Assembly (NCBI GenBank): GCA_964632315.1
Contig: CAZWEM010000062.1
Span: 1-19,134 of the forward strand
From: an uncultured archaeon
GTDB taxonomy: Archaea; Asgardarchaeota; Lokiarchaeia; Sigyniarchaeales; SOKP01
Length of the DNA: 19,134 nt
Reading direction: 5' to 3'
Shown here: positions 1-8,482 of the stretch, one piece after another
Position numbering within the stretch: the stretch's first letter is position 1
Layout: every line of letters starts with the position of its first letter
Made by a program: the position numbers and the translations under genes
The notes under the pieces: model-generated
What the model was told of the DNA's origin: nothing
What the model saw: only the letters and a program-made list of their open reading frames with translations
Database searches by the model: none

Positions 1-137
1 CAATATTTTGAGTGAAGTAGTTTGAGTTAGTACACAAATGTTTCATTTACAATCTTAAATTTTCAATTAATTTGCGTAATTTTATCAGTACAGTTTTTAT
101 AGTATTCTGATCTAATATAAATATAGATTTATTTCTA

Positions 138-821
138 GTGAAGAATTTGAATATTAATGAGCTAAATTTTGAAAAGAGCATTCAAGTTGATTCAAGTGAT
201 GCTCTAATAATCGTGGACGTTCAAAATGACTTTTTACCGGGGGGTACTTTAGCTGTTAGGGAGGGAGATCAAATTATCGAAGGAATCAATTATGTGGCTG
301 AACTTTTTAGAAAAAAAAAAGCACATATTATTTTCACTCAAGATTGGCATCCTACAGATCATCTGTCTTTTGCTAGTAGTCACCCTGGAAAAAGTCCAGG
401 TGATGAATTCCAAACGAACGCAATTGGCCCAGTTCTTTGGCCAGATCATTGTGTTCAAGGCACTTTTGGCGCAGGATTCCATAATGACTTAAAAGTAGAG
501 TATGGTCATGTTATAATTCGAAAGGGTTATAATCCAAAAATAGATAGTTACTCTGGATTTTTAGAAAATGATAAGAAGTCAGAAACTGGTCTTGCTGGAC
601 TATTAAAGTCCCTTAAAATTAAACGGATATTGATATGTGGTCTAGCTTTAGATTATTGTGCTTATTATACTGCAATGGATGGAAAAGAATTTGGTTATGA
701 TGTCATTTTTTTGGTAAATTTAACTAGGGGGATTGACCTTCCAGAAGGAAACATATCGAGAGCACTCACAAATATGACAAAAAACGGAATAATGTTTGCT
801 AAAAAAGAGAGTTTAACATGA
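138..821 (+). CDS. pncA: Nicotinamidase/pyrazinamidase (isochorismatase family)
   Basis: Motifs VDVQNDF (catalytic Asp), QDWHP..H and WPDHC (metal ligands), RKG..YSGF (catalytic Lys) and GLALDYC (nucleophile Cys). GTG start; stop overlaps the next start (ATGA, 818-821). Confidence 0.93.
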   Translation: MKNLNINELNFEKSIQVDSSDALIIVDVQNDFLPGGTLAVREGDQIIEGINYVAELFRKKKAHIIFTQDWHPTDHLSFASSHPGKSPGDEFQTNAIGPVLWPDHCVQGTFGAGFHNDLKVEYGHVIIRKGYNPKIDSYSGFLENDKKSETGLAGLLKSLKIKRILICGLALDYCAYYTAMDGKEFGYDVIFLVNLTRGIDLPEGNISRALTNMTKNGIMFAKKESLT

Positions 822-1309
822 GATTCAGAAATTTTCCATACAAATCCGTGTTAGTCGTGTGCAGCGTCAATACTGCTAGGAGCCCTATGGCCGCAGGATA
901 TCTCAAATATTTTTTCGATAAAAATAAAATTGAAACAAAAGTAAATTCTGGAGGTATCTCCTCACATGCGAGAGATGGAATGTTAATTAGTTTAGACGCT
1001 AAATTAACAATGGAAGAAGAGGGAATCTACTTACCCGAAAATTACGTTTCTATAGACTTAAAAAAACATCCCGAGTTAATCCAAGATGCGGATTTGATTT
1101 TAACTCTCACAAGTACACATAAGAAAGAAATACTTCAATATATTGACGAAGATCAAAAAGATGTTTTCACTCTAAGTGAATTTGCTGGAGAAAAAGGTGA
1201 TATTGAAGATCCATCAATGAAGGGTTTGGAAGGATTTCGACAAGCTCGGAATCAAATCAAAACATATCTACTTAAAGGTTTATTAAAAAGGTGTGAGGAA
1301 AATGCTTGA
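818..1309 (+). CDS. Low-molecular-weight protein phosphatase family (LMW-PTP / arginine phosphatase-like)
   Basis: N-terminal P-loop VCSVNTARSPMA (CX5R-S), ADLILTL and DIEDP (general-acid Asp). No downstream redox Cys pair of the ArsC type. Confidence 0.85.
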   Translation: MRFRNFPYKSVLVVCSVNTARSPMAAGYLKYFFDKNKIETKVNSGGISSHARDGMLISLDAKLTMEEEGIYLPENYVSIDLKKHPELIQDADLILTLTSTHKKEILQYIDEDQKDVFTLSEFAGEKGDIEDPSMKGLEGFRQARNQIKTYLLKGLLKRCEENA

Positions 1310-2147
1310 ATATGTCATTTTAGCCATATTACAAGGATTAGTTGAATGGTTGCCAATTTCTTCTTCAGGGCAAGTAGTTATTTTTTCAATTAACATCCTT
1401 GGTATTTCCCCAGAAAATGCATTTACGATAAGTATTTGGTTGCATTTAGGCACTACTTTGGCAGTATTAGTAAAAATGAGAAAAGAATACTTTAATATAG
1501 TCAAAACTATAATCTTCAAAAAGGGTAGATATGAGGAAAGAGATGTTAAATTACGAAATTGGCTTATTTATGCTACCCTTGGAACAGCTGTTACCGCGCT
1601 TCCATTATATTTTGTATTAAGGTATTTTATTCTTGATTCTTTTTCTGCGATTAGTGGGGATATCTTAACCTTAATTATTTCAGGCTTATTAATTCTTACC
1701 GGTTTGGTATTATTTTTTCTCAAAAAAAGTTTTGGAAATAAATCGATTGAAGGTCAATCCTTTAAGCAGATACGTAAAGATTCCTCTATTTCTGGTCTTA
1801 TTCAAGGAATTGCCGTACTCCCGGGCATCTCTCGATCTGGATTCACTGTTTCAAGTATTCTTTTTGAAAAATATAACCAAGATCAGTCATTGAATCTTAG
1901 TTTTTTAATGTCAGCTCCAGTTGTAATTGCATCTATTGGTGTTGACGTCCTTTTTGGAGATGGTTCTGTTTTCGGTACCCTAGATCTCATCACGATTTTT
2001 ATCACGACGGCTATTAGTTTTGTGATTGGATACCTTACTATGGGAGGATTATTAAAAGTCGCTCAAAAAATAAATTTCAGCTATTTCTGTATTTTTTACG
2101 GGATAATAGCATTCATATTCATTGTACCCGTATTGATTGTTACTTAA
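1302..2147 (+). CDS. uppP: Undecaprenyl/polyprenyl-diphosphate phosphatase (BacA/UppP family)
   Basis: Motifs LQGLVEWLPISSSG, LHLGT, QGIAVLPGISRSG and SFLMSAP; multiple hydrophobic helices. ATG at 1302 preceded by GTGAGG; the ORF track starts at the in-frame GTG at 1293. Confidence 0.92.
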   Translation: MLEYVILAILQGLVEWLPISSSGQVVIFSINILGISPENAFTISIWLHLGTTLAVLVKMRKEYFNIVKTIIFKKGRYEERDVKLRNWLIYATLGTAVTALPLYFVLRYFILDSFSAISGDILTLIISGLLILTGLVLFFLKKSFGNKSIEGQSFKQIRKDSSISGLIQGIAVLPGISRSGFTVSSILFEKYNQDQSLNLSFLMSAPVVIASIGVDVLFGDGSVFGTLDLITIFITTAISFVIGYLTMGGLLKVAQKINFSYFCIFYGIIAFIFIVPVLIVT

Positions 2148-3040
2148 TTTTCTTTTATATAATTTATTAAATAATCAGCTAATATCTTGGGAGCATTTTT
2201 AATACCCTTAAACCCTGGAAAATCATTTAAATCAATTAGATAATATCGATCTTTACTATTCAAGGGTTTAATAAGGTCAAAACCGAAGATTTTAAGGTCA
2301 AGTTTTTTTGCTAAAATTTTTGCTAAGGATACCATCTCAACAGAAGGCTTAAACTCGCTCCTCTGAATCGTATCAACATCGATCTGAGGAGATTTATTCC
2401 TCATGTAAATGTAAATGGGATTTTCTCTTTTGATTCCAAATACTTTATCTCCTATCACGTATATTTTCCTATCAATTCCATCACATTCAATAAATTTTTG
2501 CACGTACACATCATAGTATATTAAGTGATTATATTTTTCATAGAAGGTTTCAAAATCCTCTTTCTTTTTTGCCAAGAAAGTAAATCGATTATATTTATCA
2601 TGCTGAGAATGGCTCTTAATGACTATTGGAATCTTTGGAATTCCCCATTTCTTAAATCTTTCCAGGTTTTTTGCATTCTGGTTCCATGATTGTGCTAGTG
2701 AAAATTTTTTTAATTCAGTTTTATTGTTTGTAAAAATGTTCCTCAAGGCATAATCTAAAGCGATTTTATTTTTACAAGTTAGGACCGTTTTTACACCATG
2801 CAAACACTTAATACCATGAATTTGTGCATAGTGTAATAAATCAACCGAAGAATCATTTCTAACCTTCACAATATACAAATCTGCCTCTTTAAACGCTCTA
2901 GGCATTCGAGTAAGATAAAAAAATTGTTTTGTGGGATCATGAAACGTGAATTCAATATCTTTACTCTGTTTTAGTATTTCCTCGACCTTTTGGATTACAT
3001 CGTGGTCTTTTCTCGCAGAGAATATTACTTTTTTTGGCAT
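2144..3040 (-). CDS. ATP-grasp protein, inositol-trisphosphate 5/6-kinase (ITPK1)-like (copy A)
   Basis: YVQKFI, RKIYVIGDKVF..KR, LKIFGFDLI and YYLIDLNDFPGFKGI resemble the ITPK1 motifs KV(F/Y)VVG, LFG(I/F)D and IDIN(A/Y)FPGY. It has D-x-N instead of the RimK E-x-N. The fold is certain; kinase function is inferred. Confidence 0.75.
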   Translation of the reverse strand: MPKKVIFSARKDHDVIQKVEEILKQSKDIEFTFHDPTKQFFYLTRMPRAFKEADLYIVKVRNDSSVDLLHYAQIHGIKCLHGVKTVLTCKNKIALDYALRNIFTNNKTELKKFSLAQSWNQNAKNLERFKKWGIPKIPIVIKSHSQHDKYNRFTFLAKKKEDFETFYEKYNHLIYYDVYVQKFIECDGIDRKIYVIGDKVFGIKRENPIYIYMRNKSPQIDVDTIQRSEFKPSVEMVSLAKILAKKLDLKIFGFDLIKPLNSKDRYYLIDLNDFPGFKGIKNAPKILADYLINYIKEN

Positions 3041-3131
3041 TCTACAGTTTTTTAATTTCCAAAATAATTTTTAATGTAAAATATTAAGTAAAATTAATTA
3101 GTTTTCATAAAAAAATTAATGGGATATTTAT

Positions 3132-4439
3132 ATGAGTGAAAAAGCTTTTCATGGAATTTTATTAAAACAAGTGTTGCTTATAGGAATACTATATATGGGA
3201 GATTACTTATTTTTCTTCTTTGAACAAAACTACTTCAACACGTATTTAGATCACGTGCTCTATCTTCCCGAGTTGTACATTTCTACCATGGTTTCGTTAT
3301 CCGCGACTGTTGGACTTATATCGATGTTTCTTTGGGGGATTATTAGTGATAATACACGTTCTAAGTTCGGGAGGCGGCGCCCTTATCTGCTTCTTGGGGT
3401 TGTTGCAGGAATTGGAATGATTCTCTATAGTTTCGCATTTCCATTGTTCGGTCGAACTTTAGACGCTTATCTTTGGTGTTTAATTATTGATGTCATTATT
3501 ATTGGGTTTTCATCAAATGCATATTTAGTGGCAGAAAGAGCATTAATACCAGATACTATTGAAATTGAAAAGAGAGGTAGAGCTAATGGAATTATTAATT
3601 CAATTAGCTACATTGGATTATTAATAGGTGTTGCATTCTTATTACTTGGAAACGAATTATTTGGCATACCTGACCCTCGAGATACTACTCTACCTATTGG
3701 AACCATAATCCCGGAATTTGGTCATTTTATATTACTCTCTTTTGGAGGAATTGTCTTTATAATAGTTTCTATAGTTGGATTTTTGTTCATCAGAGAAAAG
3801 CCAGTAAGTGAATTGTCCGAGAAAAAGAATTTCTTCGCTGAAATAAAACAAACTTTTAATATCAAGGAATTAAGGACTCAAAAAGAATTTTATAAAATGC
3901 TTATAGCTTTCGTTGTTTTTCAATCTGGAATTGCCTCTGTAATGCCATTTCTATTTATATTCATCTTTGGTTTAGGAATGAGTACAATTACTTTACTGAT
4001 CGGAATTGCGATTGCGTTTCCAATAGTATTCATTGCAACACTATATCTTGGAAAACTTGCTGATAAAGCGGGTAGGAAAAAGTATGTTCCATTAGCAATT
4101 ATAATCGTTAGCATCGGATTCATGATAATGCCATTTGCTGGGGTGTTTGGTAATATAATGCTATTCATGATAAGTTTGCCATTTGTCTTGGTGGGTGTTT
4201 TGGCATTAGTGACTCCTTTAAATGCATGGACTCAAGATTTATTGCCAGCGGATAAGAGAGGTAAATTTACGGGCATTTTTAATGTGGTAAATACCGTGTC
4301 TCAAATCATTGGGTCTTTTGCTGGTGGTATTATCTCAATGATTTTCGGAATATCGTGGATATTTGTGCTTGGACCCATATTTTTCTTGATTTCGATTCCT
4401 CTTTTCATGCGAGTAGTAGAAACAGTAAAAAAAGATTAA
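3132..4439 (+). CDS. MFS transporter, glycoside/sugar (GPH-like) type
   Basis: About 12 hydrophobic segments; loop motifs WGIISDNTRSKFGRRRPY and LGKLADKAGRKK; PD..EKRGRANG and LLPADKRGKFTG repeats. Confidence 0.9.
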   Translation: MSEKAFHGILLKQVLLIGILYMGDYLFFFFEQNYFNTYLDHVLYLPELYISTMVSLSATVGLISMFLWGIISDNTRSKFGRRRPYLLLGVVAGIGMILYSFAFPLFGRTLDAYLWCLIIDVIIIGFSSNAYLVAERALIPDTIEIEKRGRANGIINSISYIGLLIGVAFLLLGNELFGIPDPRDTTLPIGTIIPEFGHFILLSFGGIVFIIVSIVGFLFIREKPVSELSEKKNFFAEIKQTFNIKELRTQKEFYKMLIAFVVFQSGIASVMPFLFIFIFGLGMSTITLLIGIAIAFPIVFIATLYLGKLADKAGRKKYVPLAIIIVSIGFMIMPFAGVFGNIMLFMISLPFVLVGVLALVTPLNAWTQDLLPADKRGKFTGIFNVVNTVSQIIGSFAGGIISMIFGISWIFVLGPIFFLISIPLFMRVVETVKKD

Positions 4440-4440
4440 T

Positions 4441-4460
4441 CCTTTATTTTTTTATTTTAT
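4441..4460 (+). terminator. Probable archaeal T-rich terminator after the MFS gene
   Basis: CCTTTATTTTTTTATTTTAT directly follows the stop at 4439, in the gap between convergent genes. Confidence 0.4.
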
Positions 4461-4469
4461 CCAGATTTG

Positions 4470-5483
4470 TTAGATTCTCTGAGGTTCTACAATTAACTTT
4501 ATCCATTTTTCTCTATCATAAAATTCAAAAGCGTTTATTGCCTCTTCCAAGCTGATCCTTTTAGTTATTAAAGATTTAAGATCAAGAGTCTTTGATGCAA
4601 TCATATTCAATGCGTCATTCCAGTAATCTCTATCATGTTTCGAATTAACCATTGCTTCAGGATAAACTAATTCTACCCCTTTCTTTCTGCAATTAACATA
4701 CGGTATGTACTGCATCTTCTGCGCCCCAAACACGATGACTCGATGACCAGGTTTAACTAGATCTATTGCACTCAGTAATGTTTCGTTATGACCAACCATT
4801 TCGAATACAGCGTGCACTTCGCCAAATTTTTTAATTATTTCATCAACAACAGTATAATTTCCATAAGTGGAACGAGAAAATATTATTGGATCAAATACTT
4901 TAGCACCCCATTGTTCAGCAATTGATCGTTTATGGTGATAAGGTTCAGAAGCAGCAACTTCAATACCATTATTTAATAAAATTTTAGTAAGGATTAGCCC
5001 AATTGGTCCTAATCCCAGAACTACAGCTTTTGTTTCTCCATCGAGTCTATCTAACTCTGCCCGTTCGAAGCAATTAATTGCACAGCCAACAGCATCAGCA
5101 AAGGAAATCTCCTCCACCGTAAGATCATTTCTTACTATCGGAAATGCGTCCTCTTTTTCATATTTTCCATGACCTATTACATTGACGTGAGTAGAATATT
5201 CTGCATATCCATTACCCATCCGAGCAAGATGATCCCCTTCATTGATTCCTTCAACATCCTTTCCAACCTCAACAGCAATTGCTCCCGTTTCATGCCCGTG
5301 TCCTCCTGGTTCATGAGCTATGATCCAATGAGTTCCTTCAAAGATCCCCACATCACTACCACATATACCCACGGAAATTATTTTTGCTAAAACCTCTGAA
5401 GAGGCAGGTTTAGGAATCTCAACATTTACCATCTCAACTTTCCAGGGCTCTGGAAAGAGTAACGCTCTCATAGTTTCATCCAT
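4470..5483 (-). CDS. Zn-dependent medium-chain dehydrogenase (polyol/sugar/cyclitol dehydrogenase-like)
   Basis: GICGSD and GHE catalytic-Zn motifs, Rossmann GLGPIG, AVFEMVG and C-terminal KLIVEP. No 4-Cys structural Zn lobe. Confidence 0.88.
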   Translation of the reverse strand: MDETMRALLFPEPWKVEMVNVEIPKPASSEVLAKIISVGICGSDVGIFEGTHWIIAHEPGGHGHETGAIAVEVGKDVEGINEGDHLARMGNGYAEYSTHVNVIGHGKYEKEDAFPIVRNDLTVEEISFADAVGCAINCFERAELDRLDGETKAVVLGLGPIGLILTKILLNNGIEVAASEPYHHKRSIAEQWGAKVFDPIIFSRSTYGNYTVVDEIIKKFGEVHAVFEMVGHNETLLSAIDLVKPGHRVIVFGAQKMQYIPYVNCRKKGVELVYPEAMVNSKHDRDYWNDALNMIASKTLDLKSLITKRISLEEAINAFEFYDREKWIKLIVEPQRI

Positions 5484-5488
5484 TTAAA

Positions 5489-8281
5489 TCATCTCCCCTT
5501 AATACCATCAATTAAAATTCTAATCATATTTAACAATCCAATTTTGGTGATTTCTGATGATGTTTTTGGTTCTTTTGATTCATCAAAGTTTTCATTCACG
5601 TATTTTACCCAGTTTAAATAAGTTCGCTCCATAACCTCCTCAAGATTTTGGCTCTTTATTAGGGAAGTTATTTCTTTTGTATATTGTTCATAATTATTAT
5701 AGAGTAGCTTTTTATCCTTGTCTCCTATAAATACTATTGGGTTCAAAGAAAAGTGATCCAAGAAATTTTGAGTATCAACAGGAGGCTTATCTCCAATATA
5801 AGGCGCTAAAACTAATTCAAAAGAAAGATTTTTGCCACTATAAGTCGGTGCTGTTGAATAATTCGTTCCAATTAATCCAGAAGTTAACTTTTGGGCATGA
5901 CCATTTCCGTCACTCCAATAGTTAAAGATTTCTCCATAATAGGTTCCAAAAGGATTTATGCGAACTTGTTGTGCCTTTTTTTCGAGATCTCCAAAACCTT
6001 TGTCACGAACTTTAATCGGAGAAAAAGCAAAATTTGCGGCTTTCAGGGAATTAAATCCAATTCCTAGTCCTTTATTTTGATTTGAAAGCGCCATCCATCC
6101 ATCTGAGATATTTGCTACAAGGCAATCAATATTAGCATTCTTAAGATCTACTTCCTTCATATTAATCCTAAAATAATCGATAACTCCAAAGAAGTTTTTC
6201 TTCCAAATATTCAAAAAGGAATCCAAGCCAAAAATGTGAGGTCTTACTTCACATGGCATTATTTCTTGCCATCTATCATCATAGGCAATATCAACATAAT
6301 AAGTTGAACCATCCACTGATGATGATTCTCCCTTGATATCTGGTAGAGCCATTGAGACTTCTGCTATTAAATATGGTAAGTCTGAGTATAAAGTCAACTT
6401 CTTTTCTGCTTTAACTTTATGACCTCCAATAATTTCAAACTCACTATCAATTTTGATTGCGGCTGAAAAGCCATCACTTCCATCCCTTAGGATTGAAATT
6501 TTATCTGTTAATGAAGAATATTTAGATATTTTTCCAGTTTTTCCAAAAGTGATCGAAGTCTCCAAAAATTTAGGGCACGCAAATTCCATTTTAGCGAATT
6601 GAAATGATTTAATTTTTCCAAAAGTATCAAATTCAATGGTAATATATTCATTTCGGAGTAGAATTTGAGAAGCAGTAAGTTTTTTGGTACCAATTTCTTT
6701 AGTTGTTTCAATTTCATTAAATGTGAAAGTAGCATTATTATAATTCTTAAATTCTTCCGGAGAAATTATGGCTTCAAAACTAATATCTTCAGATTCATCA
6801 TAACTCCTAAAATTAGTGAATGATTTTCCCGAATAAATGTTTTGTAATGAAAAATTACTATAAGGGGGTAAACTTTTTTTTGGAATTTTTGAATTTAAGA
6901 GAATTGGAGAATTGATTGGGACTATCTCATTTTTGGAGATTCCACGGATGGTGATTGGGTTTATCAACAAAAATTTTCCTTGATTATTGTTCACATTCTC
7001 TTCTAATTTTGTTTGAATTGCCTCATTTATCGCCATTTCCGAAAATTGGTAAGCTTTTATAACATAATTCAATGCTGTTTTAAACCTATCTGGATGCAAG
7101 AAAGGCATCGCCATCCCAAAATTAGTCGTGGAGGCAAATAATATTTTATTTTTAAGGTAAGTATCTTTAGAGTCATCAACACTTCGAAGAAGGTTGTTCA
7201 CTTCTTCTATTGCCTGTGGATTATTAAAATTTGATATCATACTATCCGAAGCACATTTTAACCATCTAGCTCTTTGACCATAAGTCCAAAAGGTAGTGTT
7301 GTTATATTTTTGAGCCCAATTATAGAACCCATTCCACATTCCATCAGCAACATCTTCCCGTAGTTCTGCCTTATCGTGTACCTTAAGTTTTGGAATTAAG
7401 TCTATTAAAGTTGCAAACTCGACAAATTCGTATTTATCAACAGCTTCAGCAAATTCCATCAAACCTCCAGAATTAGGCATCCATTTTAAAAATTTAGGCA
7501 AATTTAGGTTAATCCAATTATCGGAATCCATATCAAAATTAAAGAATATTAAAGCATGCTCAGCAATTACTCCGCTTTCCTGCTTATTCCTTAAAAACTC
7601 AAACCATTTTTTCGTTGAGCAAAAATCAAGTCTGTCACCAAATCCATACATAGGTATCATTAAGGTGGATGCATTGGATATAGTTGATTGTAAACGAACT
7701 AATCCATATCTTTGGTTCCAATCCAAACGAGGGTTAATGTAAGGACGAGCGACATCAAACCCATACATTGAGTAATAAAGGCAAACCCCTTCAATACCTA
7801 GTTTATTGTACAACTCAATCATTCCTTGAGTAAACATAGTTTCTTGAGCTCTTACATATGGAGCAACCCTCCCAGGGAATAACTGATTTACACCTATACC
7901 CATTGAATTTTGTAGGAACCATTTATGATCTTGTATTAATTCTTCTGTATCTAATGATGCTTGAGCACAATTTCCCCATGACCCGATTAATACCTCATCT
8001 ATTTCTTGCTTGCACCTTTCAATTAAACGATCTAAGGTATCGTTCTGAAATTCTTTTTGCAATTGGATGGACCAAAATAGGTCTCCATAATCCCAGGAAA
8101 TAGGCATACTACTGAAAGAGAATTCTCTCTGTTCTATTTTATCTAATTCTTCAAAAATCTCATTGAAAATTCGAATATCTTTCCCAAAACCAGTTATCCC
8201 TTTAGAATCGCCCCTATAAGAGTGATAATAATTAATGTGTGGAGATAAAACTAAATAGATCTTTTTCTCATCAAGATGCAC
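5489..8281 (-). CDS. Large cytoplasmic glycoside-hydrolase-like protein (GH57/GH38-type barrel plus C-terminal beta-sandwich)
   Basis: 930-aa ORF with GTG start. The N-terminal PHINYYH, RAQE and FDMD segments fall where GH57/GH38 barrels carry conserved His/Glu/Asp. LRNEYITIEFD..GKIKSF resembles the start of the GH38 C-terminal sandwich. No signal peptide. It ends 5 bp upstream of the dehydrogenase. Confidence 0.55.
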   Translation of the reverse strand: MHLDEKKIYLVLSPHINYYHSYRGDSKGITGFGKDIRIFNEIFEELDKIEQREFSFSSMPISWDYGDLFWSIQLQKEFQNDTLDRLIERCKQEIDEVLIGSWGNCAQASLDTEELIQDHKWFLQNSMGIGVNQLFPGRVAPYVRAQETMFTQGMIELYNKLGIEGVCLYYSMYGFDVARPYINPRLDWNQRYGLVRLQSTISNASTLMIPMYGFGDRLDFCSTKKWFEFLRNKQESGVIAEHALIFFNFDMDSDNWINLNLPKFLKWMPNSGGLMEFAEAVDKYEFVEFATLIDLIPKLKVHDKAELREDVADGMWNGFYNWAQKYNNTTFWTYGQRARWLKCASDSMISNFNNPQAIEEVNNLLRSVDDSKDTYLKNKILFASTTNFGMAMPFLHPDRFKTALNYVIKAYQFSEMAINEAIQTKLEENVNNNQGKFLLINPITIRGISKNEIVPINSPILLNSKIPKKSLPPYSNFSLQNIYSGKSFTNFRSYDESEDISFEAIISPEEFKNYNNATFTFNEIETTKEIGTKKLTASQILLRNEYITIEFDTFGKIKSFQFAKMEFACPKFLETSITFGKTGKISKYSSLTDKISILRDGSDGFSAAIKIDSEFEIIGGHKVKAEKKLTLYSDLPYLIAEVSMALPDIKGESSSVDGSTYYVDIAYDDRWQEIMPCEVRPHIFGLDSFLNIWKKNFFGVIDYFRINMKEVDLKNANIDCLVANISDGWMALSNQNKGLGIGFNSLKAANFAFSPIKVRDKGFGDLEKKAQQVRINPFGTYYGEIFNYWSDGNGHAQKLTSGLIGTNYSTAPTYSGKNLSFELVLAPYIGDKPPVDTQNFLDHFSLNPIVFIGDKDKKLLYNNYEQYTKEITSLIKSQNLEEVMERTYLNWVKYVNENFDESKEPKTSSEITKIGLLNMIRILIDGIKGR

Positions 8282-8470
8282 TTTCTAAACCTTTTTTAAT
8301 TTGGTATTTTATAGATTTAGTAGGAGAGAAATCAAAAAATTTTCTAAATTTTTAGTTATAATGATAAAAATTTAAAATGATATTCTAATTTCAAGAATAT
8401 TATTAGATTCAAAAAAACTAAATAAATAGATGATACTTTATTTGTTAGCAAGCTAGTATGTTTTATATAT

Positions 8471-8475
8471 GGTGA
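8471..8475 (+). promoter_or_regulatory. Shine-Dalgarno-like site for ino1
   Basis: GGTGA 7 nt before the GTG at 8483. The same GGTGA precedes the TTG at 11653, and AAGGAG precedes the TTG at 10816. Confidence 0.5.
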
Positions 8476-8482
8476 TTATTAG

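Noticed and set aside
1-46. Possible start of a minus-strand gene leaving the window (MKHLCTNSNYFTQNI)
   Set aside because: Only 15 codons are visible, which cannot be distinguished from chance.
249-492. Short ORFs 249..482 (-) and 292..492 (+)
   Set aside because: Fully nested in pncA with no recognisable motifs; shadow ORFs.
818-1309. Arsenate reductase ArsC
   Set aside because: Lacks the resolving Cys pair, and there are no ars genes nearby.
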